Of a DNA stretch of 64,000 bases, positions 51,201 through 61,591 are shown piece by piece; position 1 is the stretch's first letter, and every line of letters starts with the position of its first letter. A model generated the notes under the pieces. The model saw only the letters and a program-made list of their open reading frames with translations, ran no database searches and was not told the origin of the DNA. Made by a program: the position numbers and the translations under genes. This stretch comes from a virus: positions 32,001 to 96,000 of the IMG/VR virus record IMGVR_UViG_3300046167_000733, one strand, 5' to 3'.

Positions 51201-53561
51201 TACTTGACGAAGACAACATGGCAAGTAACAGTGCTACTGCATTGGCAACACAACAATCCATCAAAGGCATATGTAGATGCTAATGCGGGTGGTGGTAGTT
51301 CTATGACGGATGCAGAAGTAAGGGCGGCAGTAGAAGCGGCAACAGACTCTAATGTATTCACGGACGCAGACCACTCTAAACTAAACGGAATAGAAGCAAG
51401 TGCTACCGCAGACCAAACTGCGGCACAAATACTTACTGCTATAAAAACAGTAGATGGTTCTGGTTCAGGATTAGATGCGGATACAGTAGATGGAAAACAT
51501 ACAAGCGCATTACTTATCTCAGACTCTACTAGTAACTCAAATTTAAATACTGTTCAACAATCTGGGGTTTGGCGACTCGGAGGAACTCTCACGAATGGTC
51601 CATCGGGTGCGGGTGGTTATGGTACATTGCTCGTTGCTAATAATGTAAGTGATACAGGTTTCCAGATGTATGTTGATTTTAGTGGAAACGCAAATGCGTA
51701 TATAAGAGGGGGTAATAGTTCTACATTCGGTGGTAGTGGGTCAAACACTTCTTGGGCGAAACTGTGGTCAGACCAAAATGACGGTTCGGGTTCAGGATTA
51801 GATGCGGATACAGTAGATGGTGTTCAAGGTTCTTCATTCCTCAGAAGTGACGCGAATGATACTGCAACAGGAATTGTTACTTTTAACGCTGATACAGTAC
51901 ACAGTCAGATAAGATTTACAGGAGTTGGTGGTAACTCTAATGTTAGTAATGACAGTTACGCTATTTATCAAGAAGCAGGCGCTTGGACATCACCATACCC
52001 AGACCTAGTTATTGGATACCACACAGGCATAAAGATTGGTGGTGCTACTGGTTATGGAGGAATTCGTTTCTACGATAACAATCCCACTAGTGGTTCAATA
52101 ATAGCGTCCATAGGAAATGGTGATAATCATTTCCGAGGTTACCATGAAGGATATTTAAGACATGGAGGTTCTACTGATTACAAAATCTGGACACAGGGTA
52201 ACGATGGTTCTGGTTCTGGATTAGACGCAGATACACTTGATGGAGTACAAGGTGCTTCATATCTTAGAAGTGATGCAAGTGATACCTTTACAGGTACGTT
52301 ATCAGTAGTAGGTGCTATGTCAATAGAAAATTCTGGTGGTTATGGTAATATAGAGATTGGTGGTCCAAGTGGGGCATATATTGACCTCAAGAAACCATAC
52401 TCTGATGACTATGATTTGCGTATTATGTACGATGATACTGCCTCACTTAAAACACCAGGAAACTATGTATCTGTAAGTACTGCTTCTGGTTATGTTCATA
52501 TTGGACCACAGAATACTTCTTACTCTCACTTCTCAACAGACAGAGCAAAGTTCTACTTCAATAAACAAATTAATGTTGATACAGGTATTATCACTTCACA
52601 CAACGAAGACTTAAAACTACAAAGAGCAGGGTCTACTACCAACCAACTATTGATTGCTAGTGGTTCAGCAACGTTTGGTGTTGAACTTAATGCACCTTCT
52701 CTTAAGTTAACATCGGGAGGTGACGCATCACTCTCAAGTACGGCACATGTTCTTCAACTTGGTCCAACAAGTGGTACAAATATGGCGCTTGATGGTAATG
52801 AAATCATGGCAAGAAATAATGGCGCGGCAAGTTCCTTAATATTTCAAAACGATGGTGGTAATATAAGTGCTTGTTCGGGTGGTGGAACCACAACGTTTGG
52901 TGGCAACTTAGTAATTCCAAATATAATATATCACGCAGGCGACACAAACACTTATCTGCAGTTCCAAACGGCAGACCAATTTAGAGTTGTAACAGGTGGT
53001 GTTGAAAGACTTGAAGTTAATAACTCAGCAGTAACTGTAGCAGGTGTTTTAAGTGTTGGTGCCGCTATAGACTTAATAGATAATAAAGTTCTAAGATTTG
53101 GTAGTAGTGATGATGTAGAGTTTTTCTTCAGTGGTTCACATATGTATACTGATTTAAATACAGGGGATTGGTATATTAGAGACGGTACAACCAATAGATT
53201 CTTATTTAATGATAACGGAGATTTCCACGCTGACGCAAACATATTTGCGTATTCAACTTCGGTAGGTTCTGACAGAAAACTAAAAGATAATATAGAAGTT
53301 ATAGAAAGTCCATTAGAAAAAATACAAAAACTAAACGGTGTTACTTTTAATTGGAAAAGAGATGGTGAAGCATCAGCAGGTGTTATTGCTCAAGATGTTC
53401 AAAAAGTTTTACCAAGTGCTGTAAAAGAGGTCAAGCAGTTAAGTAATGAGGGTGAAGATTCCACAAGACTTAATGTTGACTATAACCAAATAATAGGTTT
53501 GTTGGTTGAGTCAGTAAAAGAACTGAAAAAAGAAATCGAAGAACTGAAAAAAGGTAAATAA
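45201..53561 (+). CDS. giant tail fibre (~2,785 aa after repairing five indels) with modular repeats and C-terminal peptidase S74 chaperone domain
   Basis: Five ORF fragments continue each other in register with the repeats (indels near 47535, 49341, 49357, 49474, 51263); SDRKLKDNI...GVIAQDVQKVLP...VDYNQIIGLLVESVKEL. Confidence 0.85.
46720..50080 (+). repeat. intragenic modular repeats; main 57-aa (171-nt) unit
   Basis: IEASADVTDTANVTAAGALMDSE about 10x, LTDLAGVKGVTISTLQPKPSEGAFANGDKTKL 7x, plus ATADQTDAE.. and ..DVKALDQSV.. modules. Confidence 0.95.
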
Positions 53562-54139
53562 TGGCAGTTCCATCGTCAGGACAAATATCTTTAAATGACT
53601 TCCATGTTGAAGCAGGGGGTACATCAGGTTCTGCCTGTACTCTAAACGATGCAGATATTAGAGGATTGATTAGTAAAGGTTCTGGTGCGGCAATGAACTT
53701 CAACGAATGGTATGGGGCGAGTGGTTCAGTACATACTACTGCGTTCGTTTCAGTATATCAGGCATCGCAATACACCCCAAGTAGTGGATTTTTGGAGAGT
53801 GGTGGACAAGGTAGTATGACAGATAACACTATAGCATCATATGGTTCTGGTAATCAAACTACTATAAAAATAACTCAACTAAGAAACTATGCAGGAACAT
53901 TAATATTTGGTTTAGAACCTTCTTCAGGAACTTATGATGCGGGTAATTCTGGTTGGACTACATTAAATGTTTACTACGGTCAAACAGACGCAAGTGGAAG
54001 TGCAGATTTATCTATTGCCAGAACCTCTATGAATTACAATGGTAATAGTAGTGGTGCTACTTGGTCAATTAATGGTTCATATGCAACAGGTACTGTTTTT
54101 GGTGAAAGTAATACTAATAACTTCTTGGAACTCCTGTAA
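53561..54139 (+). CDS. putative fibre-tip/adhesin protein
   Basis: MAVPSSGQISLND...LND.DIRGL N-terminus typical after S74 fibres; G/S/T-rich remainder. Confidence 0.6.
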   Translation: MAVPSSGQISLNDFHVEAGGTSGSACTLNDADIRGLISKGSGAAMNFNEWYGASGSVHTTAFVSVYQASQYTPSSGFLESGGQGSMTDNTIASYGSGNQTTIKITQLRNYAGTLIFGLEPSSGTYDAGNSGWTTLNVYYGQTDASGSADLSIARTSMNYNGNSSGATWSINGSYATGTVFGESNTNNFLELL

Positions 54140-54987
54140 TGACATTTACTTATTCACATATCACAAGAGACTCAATACTTATAACTACTATGACGGATTC
54201 TGATGGTAGATTGGTTGAAGTTCCTTCTAAGTTAAATGCCGACAATAGTGTTAACGAAACTCTTTCTAAGAAGTTGGCAGAAAGTATTTATTATCGAAAC
54301 ACTACGGTTCAAACACAAGTAAATCATATCGCTTCAATCAACGCAACTCAAGTAAAAGATACAACATACTTGAATGGTAGTGCGACAAGAACAGACTATG
54401 CGGTGGGGACTACTCAGGGTCAAGCAATCGTTGCGACATTAAACGATGACTTCTCAGGGGAAGTCTCTTCTTTTGATAACAACACTATGAACCTTGTCGG
54501 AGAATATACTGCGCAGAGACCACCTTATAATGTAAACAACAATATCTCGTTCTATAACTTTGATGCTCCAACCGATACTATTAAGAATAGTTTTGGGGCA
54601 ACCTATCAGGAATATAGAGATTGGTATGGATTGAAGTTTGATACTGTAACGAATGATGTACTCGCAAAGTTTGTGATACCCGAAACAGAAATGAAGAGAG
54701 TTGATGTCGATACCTATAATGAGATAAACGCATTACTACCACCTCATAGTTATCAATTCTATGCCAGAATACACGACAAGTCAAGTAATATAAATGAGAA
54801 TGTAGATGTATATTTTCAGGCAGACCCTAGTGTCATGAAGTCTTGGTGTACCACAAACTCGTACACCTTTCCTTATGATACAACTGACAATACGATTGAA
54901 CCAAAGTTGTTTATATGGGGATGCGTCTACAATACAACATCGGAGACTATAACGCATGTCAAAGCATACGCAAGAACAACAGTATAA
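54139..54987 (+). CDS. hypothetical protein
   Basis: Coupled ORF, 282 aa. Confidence 0.7.
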   Translation: MTFTYSHITRDSILITTMTDSDGRLVEVPSKLNADNSVNETLSKKLAESIYYRNTTVQTQVNHIASINATQVKDTTYLNGSATRTDYAVGTTQGQAIVATLNDDFSGEVSSFDNNTMNLVGEYTAQRPPYNVNNNISFYNFDAPTDTIKNSFGATYQEYRDWYGLKFDTVTNDVLAKFVIPETEMKRVDVDTYNEINALLPPHSYQFYARIHDKSSNINENVDVYFQADPSVMKSWCTTNSYTFPYDTTDNTIEPKLFIWGCVYNTTSETITHVKAYARTTV

Positions 54988-55068
54988 TAAAGAGATATTT
55001 GAGGAAGTCGATAAGAAGTTCTGGGAAAAGAATGAAAAAGAAAACCGATATTCCGAAGGTATTTTTAG

Positions 55069-55076
55069 TATAAATA
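55069..55076 (+). promoter_or_regulatory. late promoter
   Basis: TATAAATA. Confidence 0.8.
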
Positions 55077-55101
55077 AGAGTAAAGAATAAAGAGAAATAA
55101 A

Positions 55102-55362
55102 ATGGCAATAACAAAAACAAGTGTATTAAGTGAAGTGGTGGTAACACCCGCAATGGATTCATCTGCGGCAGATACCGCAAATGATAAACACCCTGTAATA
55201 GTAGTATCACATTTTGATACCTATACTGAAGATGGTGTAGAGGGTGTTGCGAAACACAGAAAAACAGAATTAAAGAAGTTTGTTGAGGATGGCGGTGCCG
55301 CTACTGATGTAAGTGGCGAGGATGCATTCGTTCAAACAATAGCAACTGCTATTTGGAGTTAA
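55102..55362 (+). CDS. small fibre-associated protein
   Basis: MAITKT...EDGVE...HR...DVSGEDAFVQTIATAIWS pattern common next to fibre genes. Confidence 0.65.
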   Translation: MAITKTSVLSEVVVTPAMDSSAADTANDKHPVIVVSHFDTYTEDGVEGVAKHRKTELKKFVEDGGAATDVSGEDAFVQTIATAIWS

Positions 55363-55365
55363 GAA

Positions 55366-56142
55366 ATGGCGAAACCACAGTCAAGGAACCAACTGATAGA
55401 TTACTGCCTTCGTAGGTTAGGTCACCCTGTCATTGAAATTAATATTGATGACGAACAGATAGAAGACCGACTTGACGATGCGTTACAGATGTTCATGGAA
55501 TACAATAGTGAAGGTAGTTCAAGGATTGCTCAGTTTGTAGAGATAACTTCTACAATGATAAGTAACGGATACATAGATTTAAATACGGCATTTGGTGGTG
55601 CATACAACGATAGAATACTTAGTGTCAATCGTGTATTTCCTATTAACAGTGCAACATCGTCTGTAAACTTCTTTGATATAAAATATCAGATGAGATTGAA
55701 TGACTTAACAGACTTACACACAGGTATCGGTGACCTTGCCTATCTAGAACAGATGGAACAGTATCTCTCTACAATTGATTTGAAACTCACAGGTCACCCT
55801 CAAGTAAACTTTAATCGTATTGATGCGAAACTCTATATCCAAGGCGACCTTGGTTCAGGGGGAGAACTCATTGCAGGAAATAAGATTATGGTAGAGATGT
55901 TTGTATCTACCGCAACTTCTCTTGCAAATGTATATAACAATATGTTTGTAAAAGAATATACGACTGCATTACTGAAACTGCAGTGGGGTGAGAACCTTGT
56001 CAAGTTTGATGGTATCACATTGCCAGGTGGTGTTACACTAAACGGTAGACAGATTGTGGAAGACGCAAAACAAGAAATAGAAATCATAAGACAAAGACTA
56101 TATAACGAGTATGACACACCTGTAGATTTCTTCGTAGGATAG
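55366..56142 (+). CDS. gp13: neck protein
   Basis: LIDYCLRRLGHPVIEINIDDEQIEDR, QWGENLVKF.G..LPGGVTLNG. Confidence 0.95.
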   Translation: MAKPQSRNQLIDYCLRRLGHPVIEINIDDEQIEDRLDDALQMFMEYNSEGSSRIAQFVEITSTMISNGYIDLNTAFGGAYNDRILSVNRVFPINSATSSVNFFDIKYQMRLNDLTDLHTGIGDLAYLEQMEQYLSTIDLKLTGHPQVNFNRIDAKLYIQGDLGSGGELIAGNKIMVEMFVSTATSLANVYNNMFVKEYTTALLKLQWGENLVKFDGITLPGGVTLNGRQIVEDAKQEIEIIRQRLYNEYDTPVDFFVG

Positions 56143-56145
56143 ACA

Positions 56146-57018
56146 ATGGCAACGAGTAAGTATTTCAAACACAATGTAAGGTCAGAACAGTCCCTCGTAG
56201 AAAGTCTAGTGATTGAATCACTTCAGTTCTATGGACAAGACCTATACTATCTACCAAGAGAGATAGTCAACAAGGACAAAGTATTCCTTGATGATGTACC
56301 TTCACGATTTGGTGAAGCATACAAGATTGAGATGTATCTTGATGGTAATCAGTTTGAAGGAGAGGGTCAACTCTTCCAGAAGTTTGGTATTGAAATAAGA
56401 GATACTGCTACCTTTGTTGTTTCCATAAAGAGATGGAAAGAACTGATTGGTCGTAAACTCACAGAGAATAACTTCAGACCTCGCGAAGGTGACTTGATAT
56501 ATCTTCCGATGTCCAACTCTATATTTGAGATAATGAAGTGTAACAACTATGACCCATTCTTCCAACTTGGTCAACTCCCAACATACAAACTTACTTGTGA
56601 GTTGTTCGAGTACAACGACGAAGACTTCGATACCAACATTGCGAATATAGACAACATCGAAGCAGATGGTGCGTTCCAATATAAGTTGACATTCGGTGGG
56701 GACTCTGCCTCTGGTTTCATAATAGGTGAAACAGTAACACAAGCATTCAGTACATATTCTATGAAGGGTGAGATTACTCGTTGGAGTGACTCTGACAATG
56801 TTATGCATGTTGCTCACGCAGGTTCAACAGACGGAACTTTCAAAGAGTTTGGTACGACTAAACTTGTGACAGGGGCAACAAGTAACAAGTCTGCAACACC
56901 TACTCTCGTTCAGGAACTACAGAAAATACAAAACGATGCGCAGAATAAAATCTTTGATGACTTTGAGTCAGACTTCTTAGACTTCTCAGAGAGTAACCCA
57001 TTCGGAGATATGCAATAA
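56146..57018 (+). CDS. gp14: neck protein
   Basis: EQ.L...LVIES...YG.D.YYLPR, RPREGDLIY.P, PFFQLG, DFSESNPFG. Confidence 0.95.
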   Translation: MATSKYFKHNVRSEQSLVESLVIESLQFYGQDLYYLPREIVNKDKVFLDDVPSRFGEAYKIEMYLDGNQFEGEGQLFQKFGIEIRDTATFVVSIKRWKELIGRKLTENNFRPREGDLIYLPMSNSIFEIMKCNNYDPFFQLGQLPTYKLTCELFEYNDEDFDTNIANIDNIEADGAFQYKLTFGGDSASGFIIGETVTQAFSTYSMKGEITRWSDSDNVMHVAHAGSTDGTFKEFGTTKLVTGATSNKSATPTLVQELQKIQNDAQNKIFDDFESDFLDFSESNPFGDMQ

Positions 57019-57800
57019 TGTTTGGTGGTCATTTTTATCACAAGAGAGTTAGAACTGCGGTTTCCGTATTCGGTTCTCTGTTCAATAATATTAAGGTGAT
57101 TAGAACCAATGCGTCTAATCAAGTTATATCTCAGGTAAAGGTTCCCCTGTCATATGCACCTAAAAGAAACTTCCTTGCTCGTATAGAAGATATGGCAAAT
57201 GGAGAAGGTGCAGAACGTAAGGTCGCAATTAAGTTACCACGTATGTCATTCGAGATTACAAATATGGTATATGATGCAACTCGTCAGTTACCTAAGATGA
57301 ATACATTGTCAACAGCAATCGCAAATAGTGTGGTGACAAGACAGAAACTCTATGCCGCGACACCTTATACAATATCTTTTCAGTTGAATGTATATGCAAA
57401 GAACCAAGATGATGCACTACAGATTGTAGAACAGATACTCCCTTACTTCACACCACAATATACTGTGACAGTAAAACCCTTTACCGACATACCCACATTA
57501 CTTGAAGATGTTCCTATCAGTCTCGGTAGTGTTGTGATGCAAGACAACTTTGAGGGTGCGTTGGGTGATAGAAGGACAATCGTATATTCACTAGACTTTG
57601 ATATGAAGATACTATTACATGGACCCCTGTCAGATGACGGACAGAAAATCATTCGTGATGTTCGTACAAACTATTTCTTACAGGGTGCAGACTCAGACGA
57701 ATACCTACATACTACTAAGTTACTTCCTACACCTAATGGAGTGGGTGTGGACAGTGACTTTGGATTTACATTAACCTATATGGATAGCGATGGATTGTAA
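57018..57800 (+). CDS. gp15: tail sheath stabiliser / terminator
   Basis: FYH...R..V..FG.LFN, KVPLSYAPK, LPRMSFE, QIVEQILPYF.P. Confidence 0.95.
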   Translation: MFGGHFYHKRVRTAVSVFGSLFNNIKVIRTNASNQVISQVKVPLSYAPKRNFLARIEDMANGEGAERKVAIKLPRMSFEITNMVYDATRQLPKMNTLSTAIANSVVTRQKLYAATPYTISFQLNVYAKNQDDALQIVEQILPYFTPQYTVTVKPFTDIPTLLEDVPISLGSVVMQDNFEGALGDRRTIVYSLDFDMKILLHGPLSDDGQKIIRDVRTNYFLQGADSDEYLHTTKLLPTPNGVGVDSDFGFTLTYMDSDGL

Positions 57801-58141
57801 TGAGTGAAGAAAAAACTATTAAAGCGGATTATGAATATTCGCGTGATACATATTATGAGTTGATAGAAAAAGGTCGGGAGTCATTAGACTTGATGATTGA
57901 AGTTGCGCGTGAGAGTGAACACCCTCGTGCCTTCGAAGTCCTATCAAATATGATAAAAGGTATCGCAGATGTAAACGATAAGTTGATGGACTTGAATAAG
58001 AAGAACAAGGACATCAATAAAGAAGAGGTTGTTCAGGATGCCAAGACGGTAACTAATAATCTTTTTGTGGGAACAACAACAGACCTACAGAGACTGATAC
58101 AGAATGAAAGTAAAGTGATAGATGTTGAACCAGAGGAATGA
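57800..58141 (+). CDS. gp16: terminase small subunit
   Basis: DYEYSR..YY.LIEKG, SEHPRAFEV, NNLFVGTTTDLQ. Confidence 0.93.
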   Translation: MSEEKTIKADYEYSRDTYYELIEKGRESLDLMIEVARESEHPRAFEVLSNMIKGIADVNDKLMDLNKKNKDINKEEVVQDAKTVTNNLFVGTTTDLQRLIQNESKVIDVEPEE

Positions 58142-59716
58142 TACTTACCTCGGTAACATAAATGTTAAACGAGATGGTGTCCAACATAATTTTACAGAAG
58201 AAGAAGTAAAAGAATACGTCAGGTGTTCTAAAGACCCTGTTTACTTCTGTAAGAAATATCTTAAAGTAATATCCCTTGATGAAGGACTAGTCCCGTTTGA
58301 CTTGTATCCATACCAAGAGAAGATGTTCGAACACTTCAATAATAATCGTTTCTCTATCGTACTTGCCTGTAGACAAAGTGGTAAGTCAATCAGTTCAGGT
58401 CGGATACATATTATGGTATGCTTGTTTTCATAGTGAGAAGACTATTGCGATACTTGCAAACAAAGGTGCGACTGCAAGAGAGATGTTGTCACGGGTCACA
58501 CTTATGTTAGAGAACCTACCTTTCTTTCTTCAAACAGGATGTAAGGCACTCAACAAAGGTTCGATAGAGTTCAGTAATAACTCTCGTATCATTGCGAGTG
58601 CGACCAGTGGTAGTTCTATTCGTGGTATGTCAGTGAACCTATTGTTCCTAGACGAATTTGCGTTTGTGGAAAGAGCAAACGAGTTCTACACTTCTACCTA
58701 TCCTGTTGTATCTGCGGGTAAGGATACTAAGGTTATCATTACCTCTACCGCAAATGGTATTGGTAATACGTATCATAAGATATGGGAAGGTGCGGTACAG
58801 AAAGACAAATGAGTTTATTCCGTTTACCGTAAACTGGCATGATGTTCCTGGACGAGATGAGGAATGGAAACGACAGACAATCGCAAACACATCCAAACTT
58901 CAGTTTGACCAAGAGTTTGGTAACACCTTCTTTGGTACAGGTGATACTCTCATCAATGCCGAGACATTGTTGTCATTCCGCGCAAAACCACCCGAACGAT
59001 ATGCCGAAGGTGGCGACCTATTGGTCTATAATGAACCTATCAATGGTCACGAATATATCATGACCGTTGATGTGGCGAAAGGAAGGGGTCAGGACTTTTC
59101 TACCTTTACGGTAATCGACATTAGCAAAAGACCTTTTTCACAGGTTGCTGTTTATCGCAATAATAATATATCTCCGTTTCTCTTCCCTACACTTATATAT
59201 AAGTATGGTAAACTCTACAATGACGCATATGTAATCGTAGAATCAAATGACCAAGGTACAGTAGTTTGTAATGGTTTGTATCAGGATATGGAATACGACA
59301 ACATTCATTTGGAGAGTGTTATCAAGGCAGACCGTATCGGGATTGAAATGAACCGTAAAGTAAAACGACTTGGGTGTACCGCAATCAAAGATATCCTTGA
59401 ACATAATAAACTAGAGATTGTAGATGAACATACTATACTGGAGATATCCACATTCACCTCAAGGAAGAACTCATATGCCGCGTCAGATGGCAACCACGAT
59501 GACTTAATGATGAACCTCGTAATGTTTGGTTACTTTGTATCAACCCAATACTTCTCAGATATGACAGATATAAATCTAAAGGAGATGATGTTTGCAAATA
59601 GAATGAAGGTAATAGAAGATGATGTACCTGCTGTAGGGTTTATTGATGATGGACTTGATGATACGCCACAAGGAGAAAAACCCAACTCTATATGGCAAAC
59701 TGTAGATGAATGGTAA
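58122..59716 (+). CDS. gp17: terminase large subunit; two apparent +1 errors near 58398 and 58801
   Basis: YLGN..VK, DPVYF, RQSGKS, LFLDEFAFV, IITSTANG, FDQEFG, DVAKGRGQD, HDDL.M. Confidence 0.95.
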
Positions 59717-59737
59717 TAATCTATAATATATTGTTTG

Positions 59738-59745
59738 TATAAATA
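59738..59745 (+). promoter_or_regulatory. late promoter
   Basis: TATAAATA upstream of gp18. Confidence 0.8.
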
Positions 59746-59808
59746 GAAGTATTGAAACAAAAAACGTATTATGATAACTTATAATTAGATAACTATAAAG
59801 GAAAAGTA

Positions 59809-61578
59809 ATGGCACTTTTTACACCCTCTGCTTCCCCTGCTGTAACAGTTAAAGAAATTGACCTAACGGGAACCGTCCCTAATGTTCAAACTTCAACTGG
59901 TGCAATAGTCGGGAATTTCGGATGGGGTCCAGTTGGCGAAGCAAAATTAGTCTCAGATGAGACAGGTCTTGTTACTGCATTCTCTGCACCCACAGACGAT
60001 AACTCGGTAGATTTTCATTCTGCCGCATATTTCTTACGTTATTCCAACTCTTTGTTTGTTGTTCGTGAACAAGATACAGATGCAAGGAATGCCGTAGCAA
60101 ACCACAGTACATTAGGTACTCTCACAACTCAAGCACTAAACACTCTAGACGCATTTGAAAATGCAACGATTGATTCATCGGATGGTGTTTTCCTTGCGAA
60201 ATATCCAGGCGTATTAGGAAACTCATTAAAAGTTTCTATGATTGGTACTCACTCAGACAGTAGTACAAAAGCATTTGATGCATGGACATATAAGTCAAAC
60301 TTTGACGCAAAACCTGCAACTTCATCTTTCGTATCTGCATTAGGCGGTAAGAATGACGAAGTACATATTGCGGTCATCGACGAAGATGGTCTTATTTCAG
60401 GAACTGCTAACACAGTACTTGAAACATTCCCATTTGTATCAGTTGCAAAGAACGCAAAGAACTCAGAAGGTTCATCAATATACTTTAAAGATGTATTGAA
60501 GAATCAGTCTCAGTGGGTCTATGCAGGTGTTGGACATAGAATCGGTAGTGCATCTGTTGATTCATCAGACTTCATCGGTGCTCAATGGGGCAATAATGCC
60601 ACAACAGGCGCAGAAGACTTTGCCGCATCATTCCCTGCAGAACTTGCACAATCTGATTGGTCACTTAAAGGTGGTGTTACATCTGCTTCATTAGGAACAG
60701 ACGATATTCTTCGAGGATACGACAAGTTCGAAGACGCAGACAACATTGAAGTAGACTTCTTGATTGCTCCACAATCAGTATCAACATCAGATGCAACAAC
60801 AGTTGTGAATGACCTTATCGCTTCTGCAGAAGCACGTAAAGATTGTGTTGCAGTAGCATCACCTTCACGTACTGCAGTTGTAACAACAGGTACAAATGCC
60901 GCAGTTCTCACATGTAACAACACATACACCAAGTCAACTTACTTCGTACAAGATAATAACTTCTTGAAAGTATATGACAAGTATAACGATAAGTACATCA
61001 AGATACCTGCCGCTTCATCAACCGCAGGACTTATGGCGGCAACAGACTTAGTTGCGGCACGTTGGTTCTCACCTGCAGGTTCAAGACGTGGTAGATATCT
61101 CGGAATAACAGATATCGTTCTTTCTCCTACAAAGGCAGAGAGAGATGCGTTATACAAAGTAGGTATCAACCCAATAGCAAATATTCCTGCAGAAGGAGTT
61201 ATGTTGTTTGGTGATAAAACAAATGCTTCAAGACCAACAGCATTCGATAGAATAAATGTTCGTAGGTTGTTTTTGGGTATAGAACGCGCAATAGGTGCGG
61301 CAGGAAGAAACTTAATGTTTGAATTCAATGACGAGTTTACTCGTGCAGAGTTCGTGAACATTGTAGAACCATTCCTACGCGAGATTAAAGGTCGTCGTGG
61401 ACTTACAGACTTTAAAGTCATATGCGATGCATCTAACAATCCTCCTAGTGTCGTTGAAGCAAACAAATTTGTTGCAAACATCTTCATCAAACCATCACAC
61501 TCAATCAACTATGTAACACTTAACTTTGTTGCTGTTAGAACAGGTGTCGAGTTTGAAGAAGTCGTTGGTACGGTTTAA
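59809..61578 (+). CDS. gp18: tail sheath protein
   Basis: SP.V.VKEIDLT, WGP, KYPG.LGN, WFSPAG, GDKT, FDRINVRRLF, FEFNDEFTR, IKP..SIN...LNFVA. Confidence 0.97.
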   Translation: MALFTPSASPAVTVKEIDLTGTVPNVQTSTGAIVGNFGWGPVGEAKLVSDETGLVTAFSAPTDDNSVDFHSAAYFLRYSNSLFVVREQDTDARNAVANHSTLGTLTTQALNTLDAFENATIDSSDGVFLAKYPGVLGNSLKVSMIGTHSDSSTKAFDAWTYKSNFDAKPATSSFVSALGGKNDEVHIAVIDEDGLISGTANTVLETFPFVSVAKNAKNSEGSSIYFKDVLKNQSQWVYAGVGHRIGSASVDSSDFIGAQWGNNATTGAEDFAASFPAELAQSDWSLKGGVTSASLGTDDILRGYDKFEDADNIEVDFLIAPQSVSTSDATTVVNDLIASAEARKDCVAVASPSRTAVVTTGTNAAVLTCNNTYTKSTYFVQDNNFLKVYDKYNDKYIKIPAASSTAGLMAATDLVAARWFSPAGSRRGRYLGITDIVLSPTKAERDALYKVGINPIANIPAEGVMLFGDKTNASRPTAFDRINVRRLFLGIERAIGAAGRNLMFEFNDEFTRAEFVNIVEPFLREIKGRRGLTDFKVICDASNNPPSVVEANKFVANIFIKPSHSINYVTLNFVAVRTGVEFEEVVGTV

Positions 61579-61591
61579 GGAGATATAGACA

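Noticed and set aside
1150-58801. About 15 frameshifts (near 1150, 3357, 6545, 10205, 12195, 13597, 22322, 22424, 47535, 49341, 49357, 49474, 51263, 58398, 58801) as programmed +1 recoding, quadruplet decoding, phase variation or pseudogenes
   Set aside because: Almost all are one extra base extending a short run (AAG to AAAG, TTC to TTTC, CCG to CCCG, GGT to GGGT). They hit essential genes (terminase twice, hub twice), share no context, and intact sister repeats in the fibre show the correct sequence. Long-read consensus error is the simplest explanation; short-read polishing would settle it.
58122-59716. Split terminase as an intron or intein insertion
   Set aside because: The fragments abut with single-base offsets and total the normal ~530 aa; no inserted sequence or homing nuclease.
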